The notes beneath the pieces are model-generated. The model was given only the letters and a program-made list of their open reading frames with translations, did not search any database and was not told where the DNA came from. Of a stretch of 64,000 bases of DNA, positions 11,476-21,610 are shown piece after piece. Numbering within the stretch: the stretch's first letter is position 1; each line of letters begins with the position of its first letter. The DNA is from Tubulanus polymorphus (lineage: Eukaryota; Animalia; Nemertea), in NCBI RefSeq assembly GCF_964204645.1, contig NC_134027.1:23894560-23958559 (forward strand), given 5' to 3'. The position numbers and the translations under genes are program-made.

Positions 11476-13259
11476 AGATTGAAAAAAATGGGAGCTGGAG
11501 GAAAAATCTGTCTTCTCCAGCATAAGTCGATTGAACTAGTTCAGGTCGGATTTCGACCGGGATAAACAACACCTACCGCCGCGTTCTAAACATCCACTTC
11601 CATCGAAGCTAAAACAAACACCGATTTCCCGACAGAAACGAGATCGTTCACATTCGAATTAAAATAAATAACGACTTTGTTATTGCGATGAATTATGTTT
11701 CCGGGCCGCGCGCGCTCCGCCGCCGAACGAAGAAGAAACAACCGACAACAAATATTACAATTCAAACAATTATCAAACCTATTTTCTACGAACCATCTGT
11801 TTTCTAGTTGTTGCCGTAGAGTTTTTCTTTACGGTTTCGTTTTTTACCGCGAGCGCGCGCGCGCCTAAGCGCCGCTGGTTTTCGTTTTGCTAGTTTTCTA
11901 AACATCGTCGATTTTTTGTCAGTTTTAATAACGTTCATTCCAAATACCGGACACCCGTTGCATCCCAGTCACGAATCGGGGAATAATTCAAATTACAGAA
12001 AACAAGCCATAGGCGACGACGGATCTCGGGCTCAGACTCTAACTCGATTTCCGAAATCACCAGAGCCCGGTTTAATAGACTGGTATTACCACTGGGCCCG
12101 TTCTATGCACCGCACAACTGGACTCCCGCCGTACTAATATCATAACTAAGTTTCATCAAGATCGACCCCCACTATTAACAAAGCTCAATAGCTGAAAGAC
12201 AGACTGCATAAGAGAATAAGAGTCTCACGGAAGCCCAAGAACCAATAAGTATCTGGACAGCTGCGAGGATGGCGGTATCGAGAGCAAATGGCAAGTGACT
12301 GGAGTTCGTAACAAAAGTTCAGTACAATTTAGGTTTATAGGAATTTCATCCGATATTGAATTAAGTACGGTTGGACTAAACGACAGGGCAATGTAATAGA
12401 TACTGTTCAGCAGATCCGCAATCGACGATTCGACTATCCCTATCGTTGTAGCAAGCTACGCTCCTTGATGAGACGCGATTGAAAGTAAAATTTCGAAAAG
12501 AATCAACGCTTTCCCGAAGAATTTACCCTATCAGAAATGAGCTCTCTATTCTTTTTTTTCGTAGTCTAAAAAAAAAAAGAAAAACTTTAATTCACGACGT
12601 AAAATTCGAAACGGCGCGCGATAAATCATTGCGAATACGCGTTCAACGGGCTAAGAAATTTCAAGGCACTTTCTTCATTCTTTTACGAAAGTCAACGACG
12701 CGATTTTCCCGGGCCGCTGTTAACTAAACGAACCGACTTCCGATGAATTACTTTCCGAGAAATGGTCGCAGCCCGCGTATTGTTTCGTCGTCGTCGTCGT
12801 CGCGACCCCCGCTGCCGCAAGAGTGTCACCGTCGAGCCCTACTTATCGAACCGGTTCAAAACGATCACACGATGAACGTGACGCGCATAAAAAATATATC
12901 GTCAACGCGCATAAAAACATGACACACATGTAAAAATATATCGTCGTCGCTCCTGTTCTATAGATTCCTTTTTATCGCGGAATCGATGAAACAAACCTCG
13001 ATTCTATGACAGACGTACCGACGTAATATCTGCGACATATCGAAATTAAAACGAAAAAATAAAACCGCCGAAAAAATACTACAAGAATCAGTTCCCATGA
13101 ACCGATTTCGTCTAAGGACTTTCAAGGACTTTTTGCCCGTGATTCGAGGACTTTCTCGACTACGGATTTCAGGGCTTTTTTTAATAGTACATAAGATTTC
13201 CAATTCACATCGGGGCCATCCATCAGACTAGTGTACTAGAGACCTAACCATACAACAAC

Positions 13260-13470
13260 CAATCGATTCCGTGTTGTGACGATATATAGAGAATTCCACA
13301 CTAATATAACAAAAATAAAGTCCCAAAAGTTTCCTTTCAGCCATAAATTTATTCATCCGACATTTCGACTATATCCTAATAGTCATCTTCAGGAAAGATG
13401 ACTGAAGATGACTATTAGGATATAGTCGAAACGTCGGATGAATAAATTTATAGCTTTGAGGAAACTTTTC
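13260..13470. mobile_element. Divergent pair of hammerhead-like motifs (Penelope-like remnant)
   Basis: Inverted arms of about 68 bp at 13325-13392 and 13402-13469, each CTGAAGA-tGACTAT taggat ATAGTC-GAAA(C/T)GTC. Confidence 0.7.
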
Positions 13471-14257
13471 GAACTTTGAAGTTTTTAAAGTTAAGTTTTA
13501 CCGCATTTAAAAGCGGTATTATGCCCGACATTTTCCCACATATCTTTTCGACGACAGTCAAACGAAAAAGAGGTGACCACCCACCCCCACCCCCCCTGAC
13601 TACCTAGGCCCGCTCCTATGTATGCTGTCAGATTTCAAGAAGCCTCAGATCTCGGCTGATAACCAGGCACGACTTATATCATTAGTAATAAACTAGTCAT
13701 AAACTAAACCCGCCACAATGAAACGTAATCATACTCCGATGAAACAGATGCTGTTTGTTTCTTGACATATACTTTGAAACTCATATCGGAGACTAGTCAG
13801 CCAGATAAAAACGCTTTGATCCGTGTAAGCTGTAGATAAATATAAGTCCCGCAAAAAATTCTTAACCGATTAAAATTTATTGAAATGAAACTGCAACGTT
13901 TTGATGCTGTTGATTAACAGCCATACTCAGGTCATATAGCCAGAAACAGAAACGACAAAGCATATAAACTCACTGGACATTAAATACCAGACCGACCGAT
14001 GTTGTTTTGAACTGTGTATGCTACTGTCAAATTAGGAGCGCATTCACACTTCAAAATCATTCGCTTGATAGTAAAACACTGATAATAAAAAATGATGCCA
14101 AATTTCAACCAGAACGAAATGTCACGTCAGGCCTGTGCCAAATTTCGGCACGGGTCAAATTATTGAATTTCATCCCATGCTGAACAAGGAATAAAAATTC
14201 AAACAGAACAATTTGACCAGTGTTAAAACAGGCCTTGGTGCATTTGATTTGGCTGCG

Positions 14258-14812
14258 AATCCAATTCCACAGTTGTGTGGGTTTAATTTGACTACGTATC
14301 CAGTTCCACAGTTGTGTGGGATTAATTTGATTATGGATACAGTTCCAAGGATGAGTGGGTTTTAATTTGACTCTGGATCCAGTTCTCGATCGTGTGAATT
14401 AAGTTTGACTCTGGATCCAGTTCCACAGTTGTGTGGGATTGATTTGATTCTGAATCCAGTTCTACAGTTGTGTGAGTTTAATTTCATTCTGAATCCAGTT
14501 CAACAGTTTTGTGGGTTTAATTATACCCGGAATCCAGTTCTACAAATGTATGGGTTTAATTCGACTGGACGCAGTTCCACAGTTGAGTTAAATTTGACTG
14601 TGAACTCAGTTCCACAGTTGAGTTAAATTTGACTGTGAACTCAGTTCCACAGTTGAGTTAAATTTGACAGTGAACTCAGTTCCACAGTTGTGTTAAATTT
14701 GACAGTGAACTCAGTTCCACAGTTGTGTTAAATTTGACTGTGAACTCAGTTCCACAGTTGAGTTAAATTTGACTGTGAACTCAGTTCGACAGTTGTGTGG
14801 GTTTCTAATTTG
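14258..14812 (+). repeat. 39-bp minisatellite changing into a 35-bp variant
   Basis: 39-bp units, then ttccacagttgagttaaatttgactgtgaactcag with period 35 from about 14575. Confidence 0.9.
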
Positions 14813-14882
14813 ATCGTCTTGATGCCATAATACGAGCTATATGAAAAATGAGCTACTCCTGAAGATTAAAAATTCAACTTAC

Positions 14883-15005
14883 CATTGGTAAAGAATCGTT
14901 GCCATTTTCTACAATGTCGACGCCATTCATTTCATTCGCTTTCATCGTCGTTAGATTCATCGCTATATCTTGTTCATTATCACTTTTATCCGAATGGCCA
15001 TTTTC
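14883..15005 (-). CDS. FoxP: FoxP N-terminal exon (ENGHSDKSDNEQDIAMNLTTMKANEMNGVDIVENGNDSLPM)
   Basis: 123-nt open phase 0/0 exon, pyrimidine-rich acceptor tttctatttag, donor GTAAGT. Unique sequence between two satellite arrays. Confidence 0.82.
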
Positions 15006-15099
15006 CTAAATAGAAAGAAAGCAAAAAACCGTCGTTAAACATTTGTAAGAAAAAATATGATATCATTAACAACCACTAGTTAATGGTTTCATTCGATCG

Positions 15100-15635
15100 T
15101 GGATCCAGTGCCACAATTTTGAATATGACCACGCATCCAGTGCCACAATGGGTTTGTCTCTCGGTCCAGTTCGGCAGATGAATGGGCATAATTTGACTCT
15201 AGATCCAGTTCCACAGTTGTGTGGGTTTAATCTAACTCTAGATCCAGTTCCACAGTTGTGTGAGTTTAATCTAACTCTAGATCCAGTTCCACAGTTGTGT
15301 GAGTTTAATCTAACTCTAGATCCAGTTCCACAGTTGTGTGGGTTTAATCTAACTCTAGATCCAGTTCCACAGTTGTGTGGGTTTAATCTAACTCTAGATC
15401 CAGTTCCACAGTTGCGTGGTTTAATTCGATTCTAGATCCAGTTCCACAGTTGCGTGGGTTTAATTCAACTCTGGATCCAGTTCCACAGTTGTGTGGGTTT
15501 AATTCAACTCTGGATCCAGTTCCACAGTTGCATGGGTTTAATTCGACTCTTGATCCAATTCCCCAGTTGTGTGGGTGTTAATTTGAATCTGGATCCAGTT
15601 CAACAGTTGTGTGAGTTTAATTTGACTATGGATAC
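15100..15635 (+). repeat. 39-bp minisatellite array
   Basis: Near-identical tandem units; source of the spurious LTLDPVPQLCGFN ORFs. Confidence 0.93.
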
Positions 15636-16130
15636 ATCACAATCTTTTGTTGTTGCCGTTGACAGCAGCAAAGAGGAACTTGATTCTGACAAAAACGTCA
15701 CCGAATCAATTAACACATTTAATTGGCTATCTACATAATTAACACATTTGATTAGAAAGTTAAGCATGGTGTCTGGTGTCCGTACTACTGAATCCCACAC
15801 TGATAAATGAAAAAGAGTTAAAAATGTCTTCTTGAGCTAATAATGCCTGGTGTTAGAAGTTCATTTTCAAACAAAAATGAAAATGTCTAAAAACGTACAA
15901 AAAAAGGTGAAGTTCTGAACGCACGTGAAGTAAAGATGACCAGTTTTTTTTAAAGTGAGCTAATGACATGTTTAAATTTAAAGTCTTTTCTTGTTCGAAT
16001 TTTCAATTCAAAACAGCTTACGGTAAAATCCTGAATGCATGTGTGAAATCTGAATAATCTTACGTTGAACGTTGATAAAAAAAGTATTGAATGTGCTATT
16101 GATGCAGGGTCCCGGGGTGCAGGCTATACA

Positions 16131-16268
16131 GGCCGGTTCCATAGTCGAGACTTAAATCCAAAAATGTCTGAATTCATTAAGACTGGTCTTGAATTGTTAG
16201 ATAGGCTACGGAACTAAGATGATCTTAAATTCGTTTTTTGTCCAAGCCGTCACTATGGAACCCGCCCC
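16131..16268. mobile_element. Short MITE-like element (TIR gg.cggttccatagt ... actatggaacccgcc)
   Basis: Terminal inverted repeats; interior is one reverse unit of the ~47-bp family. Related copy at about 38888-39027. Confidence 0.65.
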
Positions 16269-16386
16269 TAATCTGTGTGATCAATTTATACGCGGAATTA
16301 ACCGGCGAATCGGAAGAGCTGAAAATATGGCGAGCTAATGAAAAAAAAAAACTCCAAACGAACGAAAGGCGCGTCGTGTTTCTCAC

Positions 16387-17298
16387 CCTGTATTTAGTTA
16401 AAGATAAATCCAGTCCTTCGTTGTTTCGATCGTTATCGTAAAGTACGTGATTCGAATCGTCGTTCGGCGAGCGTAAACTCGAGTCGGTGCGGTCGGACAG
16501 CGGCGGTGTCGGTAGCATCGTACCGTACTGGTCGATCGACTTACCGGAACTGCCGTACTGGTCGATCGACTGACCAGATCCGCCATTCTGGTAAATCGAC
16601 TTATCAGATCCACCGTACCGGTCAATCGACTTACCGGGACCGCCATACAGGTCGATCGACTTATCCGATCCGCCGTACTGGTCGATCGACTTACCGGTCA
16701 CGTAAGCCCACGACTGCTGGTCGATGGCCTTTACCGGCATATTATCTTCGAACGGAAACATCCGATTAGTCCGATGGATGCCGCCGTGCTTTAGCCCCGG
16801 CACGTCCGTATACCTGTATGAGTCTGCGTCGTCACGACTACCATTATTACGATAACTACTATCACCGACGACGATATTATTATTATGATTGATATTATTA
16901 TTATTACTGAAATTTCGGTCAAATCTGACGAGCGACTCAGCGTTGGCCGGGGCGGCGCCAGCGGTGGCGCCCCACGGCGGCGGTTTCGCCGCGAAATTGT
17001 TACACAACTCGAGCGCGGGAGGCATGTCAATGTTCGGTTGCAGCGGCCGCGCGGCAGACGGACTGAACTTCCGATGAATAATTTGTAACCGATTGGTTTC
17101 TGTCAGACGCCGCGATTTCCACTGAATTCCGACGAATTTCGACGCCACCTGCTGCTGCTGCTGCTGCTGCTGCTGGTGGAAATAGTGGTGATGGTGATGA
17201 CCGGCGTCCAGTCGCGGATAATTCATGTTGAAGTCGAGGTGATCGCCGCCCTGACGCTTGTCTGACAATAAAAACTCTCGTCCGTAGTGTTCGTGCAT
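16387..17298 (-). CDS. FoxP: Putative alternative first coding exon of FoxP, 304 aa (His/Gln runs, 10-aa repeat, GLDLS)
   Basis: Long CpG-rich ORF from ATG 17298 with a phase-0 donor AGG|GTGAGA at 16387/16386, compatible with the 15005 acceptor. Confidence 0.7.
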
Positions 17299-17824
17299 CG
17301 CGAATACGCGTAACCAACAACAAAAAAAACACGAAAAAATAAATAATCCTAAAAGTAAGTTTTATCGCGTTTCGCGCTTAGTCAAAAAAACATCGACCCT
17401 TTACCAATCGTCCGCAATAGCTGTTGTTTCCATGCGTTCGTCGAAAGAAATGAGAAGCGCGATTTTTCGAATACGTTTTATAACGCTTTCGAGAAAGCGC
17501 GCGCTCGACGGATCAACGCGCGTTGCGTACGGCGCGACGTCTATAAGTTCAATGAAACGTTCGCTACGCTCGGCGGGTATTGGACGAGTCAATTATTATT
17601 ACCGCGCGCGTGTGGGGAGTGTTGTGCGAGTGTGTGTGTGTGTGTACGAGATGTAAAACTTTTATGCGGATCTCTTCCTCGCACGCATCGCCGCCGATAA
17701 AAAGACCGATAAAAAGACCGCGACGTATATATACTATAACCACACGTCAGGGTTATTGTGGTGTTATCATCCGCGCCCCCGTTGGCCAGCTCACAGTGAA
17801 TGACACATGCATTCAATCGCTGCT

Positions 17825-18320
17825 CTCCCCCTTCTCTAACTTCTTCCTCTTCTCTCTCCTCTCTCCCTAACTTCTTCCTCTCCTCTCTCCTCTCTCCCTA
17901 ACTTCTTCCTCTCCTCTCTCCTCTCTCCCTAACTTCTTCCTCTCCTCTCTCCTCTCTCCCTAACTTATTCCTCTCCTCTCTCCCTAACTTCTTCCTCCCC
18001 TCTCTCCCTAACTTCTTCCTCCCCTCTCTCTCCTCTCTCCCTAACTTCTGGCTCCCCTCTCTCTCTTCTCTCCCTAACTTCTTCCTCTCCTCTCCCCTAA
18101 CTTCTTCCTCCCCTCTCTCCCTAACTTCTGCCTCTCCTCTCTCCTTAATTTCTTCCTCCCGTCTTAACTATCCTCATACCCTAACTTCTGCCTCCCCTCT
18201 CTCTCTCCTCTCTCCCTAACTTCTTCATCCCCCCTCTCTCTTTAACTCCTTCCTTCCCCTTCCCCCATGCACCCCTCCCGTCTCCATAACTTCCCTCTCC
18301 CCTTCCCTCCCCTCCCTCCA
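17825..18320. repeat. Pyrimidine-rich minisatellite (ccctaacttcttcctctcctctctcctctct)
   Basis: Tandem 22-31 bp units. Confidence 0.92.
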
Positions 18321-18844
18321 AATGTCCACTCTTAAGTAAGTTCGAACCAACGAGCTGGCTTCATGGAGTCGAAGGCTCGAACCACTCGACCACACACCGT
18401 TCATGTACCCTCTCCGTGTCATCTCTACTCCGCACAATTACAGATTGGAAAGGGGAAATTTCTACTCTTTCTAGTCAATAATTCACCGGTGAAATCTGAT
18501 GATAGAAGCTATGTTACATTAGTAGTCGTTAATAAATGGGCACATTTTTAAGTAGCAAACAAGCTGTCAGATACATTAATAAATTTCCAACAGCTGAGTG
18601 GCAGTAATAAAATTGTTATTTGCAGCCTTCTATTAAAATTCATTATCAATGCGACTTTTTCAGACGAATACAATTTGTTTTCAGTGTCTCTTTGAATTGC
18701 TGAATAAAAAAAAAAATTCACCAAAATATTCACAAACAACTGAGAAGCTGTAGCACAAATACACGGTCACATTTGATACGATCAATCTATTTGAATGAAT
18801 GGCATGCCACCAATTATAGGTATGATAACTTGAGTTCTATACTT

Positions 18845-19270
18845 ATGTGGGTTTAAGTTTTCGACTCTGAAACCAGTTCCACAGTTGTGTAGGTTTGATT
18901 TAACTTTGGATCCCAATCCACAGTTGTGTGGGTTTAATTTGACTCTGAATCCAGTTCAATAAGTGTTTAGGTTTGATTTGACTATGGATCCACTCTTACA
19001 ATTGTGTGGGTTTAGTTTGACTCTGGATCCAGTTCCACAGTTGTGTGGGTTTAGTTTGACTCTGGATCCAGTTCCATAGTTGCATGGGTTCGATTAGCTT
19101 GGGATCTAGTTCCACAGTTGTGTGGGTTTTATTTGACTCTGGATCCACTTCCACAGTTGTAAGGTATGATTTGACTCTGGATCCAGTTCCCCAGTTGTGT
19201 GGTATAATTTGACTTTGGGATCCAGTTCCACAGTTGTGTGGGTTTAATTCGACCCAGTTCCATTATTTGA
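18845..19270 (+). repeat. 39-bp minisatellite array
   Basis: Same unit as 5728-6432. Confidence 0.9.
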
Positions 19271-20029
19271 CTGCACCCGGCAGGATACGGAATTAAGCAA
19301 AATATTCAGTTTAAAAACTGATCAGCTTTTGATTTTTAAACGTTTAATTCCAGGGCGAGACCCAGTTCTCATTAACTAGTCATCAAAGCTCTGGCCTGAT
19401 TTTCTGAAAATTGAAATAAAGATTAGATACCTTATCAATAAGCTTTTTAGGTCAATTCATTCAGCTATGCATGAAAAATTACATTTTCGACCTGATTCGA
19501 TACTAATTTTCAATTTACCTTGACACTTGAGTCACACATTTTCCTACCAATTATATAACATTGGTCTGATCGGAAAAAAATGTTGAATAACCGGACCGAC
19601 TGACAGCGTCACATGGCAAGCCGCCGATATGCACAAAATACTGACCTCATTTTAGCACCTTGAAGTGAGTTGCAGCGATAGCATCGGCCACGGTACTTAC
19701 AGGGAACCAAAATTCCCGGCTATACCCCTGATTTTTCTCGATCTTTTTTGAATTATCAGCAGGGGATGTATCTTATCGAGAGGTTCCTCGCGCCGCTCAT
19801 CACCCGCCGGAACGACAAGACTCCAAAATCTAAACTTTTGCGACGTTTCCCCGATTTTCAAGACGCGTCCGAATTCCCTGATTTTGCCTGCGTGCGTATC
19901 TGCCCGATTTCCTTGATCTCTATGTGACTGACTTCAAACTAGCGCCACCTAGCGGAAATTCTATTTGTCAATTTATCCACGAATCATTTCCGTTTCCATG
20001 TTTACCTGCAACGAGTGCTTTGACCATAA

Positions 20030-20485
20030 ACGCACACGACGCAGGGAAACATGTTTCATCTAGGAAACATTGTTTCTTAGGCTTCACATTTCTCGTAAAC
20101 GCACACGAAAAAACACGGAAACATGGAATGAAACATGTTTGATCCCGAAAACCTTGTTTCCCAAAATCGTGTTTCTTGTTTCCCGTGTCAACGTACATGA
20201 CGCAGGGAAACAAAGAAACATGTAATGAAACATGTCTGATCTCGGAAACATTGTTTCCCGAAATCGTGTTTCTCGTTTCCCGTAAACGACGCAGGGAAAC
20301 AAAGAAACATGTAATGAAAAATGTCTGATCTCGGAAACATTGTTTCCCGAAATCGTGTTTTTCGTTTCCCGTAAACGACGCAGGGAAGAAAAGAAACATG
20401 GAATGAAACATGTCTGATCTCGGAAACATTGTTTCCCGAAATCGTGTTTCTCGTTTCTCGTCAACGTACAAGACGCAGGGAAACG
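20030..20485. repeat. ~87-93 bp tandem repeat; related single unit at ~60640-60780
   Basis: gacgcagggaaacaaagaaacatg...ctcggaaacattgtttcccgaaatcgtgtttctcgtttcccg, repeated 4-5 times. Confidence 0.88.
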
Positions 20486-21199
20486 TACTTCAATCTCCTA
20501 TTCCGCGTTTCCCCGCGTCGCGGGCTTCACCGCGACGCTAAAATCGTTTTACTTCTTTTTAACACCGCCGAAAACTGGCGACGCGTTTCCGCGAACGCGA
20601 CAATCGAATTACGCGTCGATATGTTCGCGCGGGCGGCGGATTAGAATTAAAATTTCGCGAAATAAAATCAAATCATAACCGGGCCGAAAAACGAATTTCG
20701 AAGCGCCGGTACATAACCGGCGGGCGCGCGTCGAGCGTCTCGACCCTTTCACGATTAGGCCGTAAACATACGACTCGTCGACTTAACGAAATCAAAAACA
20801 TCAAAAGATACGCGCGACGTTCGCGGTTTCTTCTTCTTCTTTTTTCTCCAATCATTTTCAACGACGTTCGCGAAAATAATTGAATTACGAAGTCGATGGA
20901 AATTAAACTTAAACGACGGTTAATGGGCTGTGTGTGTGTTTGTACGCGCCGTAGGGCGGCGGTTTAACGACCAGCTTCCTTCGCTGTTCCTTTCAACTCC
21001 TTCAGGCTGTCGAATCGAGTCTAGTTGATTTAAGTTTACGGGGGGGGGGGGGCGTACATAGCGCGGATGGGGGGGTTCAGTTACCCTCCCCCAGAAATTT
21101 TGGAAAACATGCCCTTTTAGCAAACGTTATCGTTATATCATATCTATAAATTTAATGTAATCCTTTGCTCTGGAGTGACAAGCGTTTTATTGCAGGCCT

Positions 21200-21610
21200 T
21201 AGAGAGTTTTTGGTCATCTTCAGGAATATGGTATTCCTGAAGAAGACTATTAGAATAATTAGTCGAAACGTTGAAGAAACTATTAACTCATGGAAATGCT
21301 CCTGAAGATGACTATAAGCATTTAGTCAACATTTTGAAGAAACTATTAACTCATGGAAATGCTCCTGAAGATGACTATAAGCATTTAGTCAACATTTTGA
21401 AGAAACTATTAACTCATGGAAATGCTCCTGAAGATGACTATTAGCATTTAGTCAAAATTTTGAAGAAACTACGAACTCATGGAAATGCCCCTGAAGATGA
21501 CTATTCATAATTAGTCAAAATGTTGAACAAACTACTAACTCATGGAAATGCTCCTGAAGCATTTAGTCGAAACGTTGAATGAATTACTAACTCAGGGAAA
21601 TATTTCCAGA
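21200..21610 (+). repeat. 63-bp tandem array of hammerhead-like units
   Basis: cctgaag starts at 21236, 21301, 21364, 21427, 21490 and 21553. Units 1 and 6 keep gtcGAAACGTT. Short inverted copy tcatcttcagg just upstream. Confidence 0.7.

Noticed and set aside
10976-11572. 198-aa and 173-aa L/S/P-rich ORFs
   Set aside because: Translations of a GA low-complexity tract.
15148-15738. Repetitive ORFs of the LTLDPVPQLCGFN type (also at 6018, 14405, 33260, 36871, 63514)
   Set aside because: Artefacts of a 39-bp (multiple of 3) satellite found in both orientations with frequent indels.
16225-16386. C-terminal 53 aa of the 357-aa ORF
   Set aside because: Lies past the GTGAGA donor and runs into a MITE at 16131-16268; intronic read-through.
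19968-20471. 167-aa and 126-aa repetitive ORFs
   Set aside because: Derived from a ~90-bp tandem repeat that also occurs near 60640.
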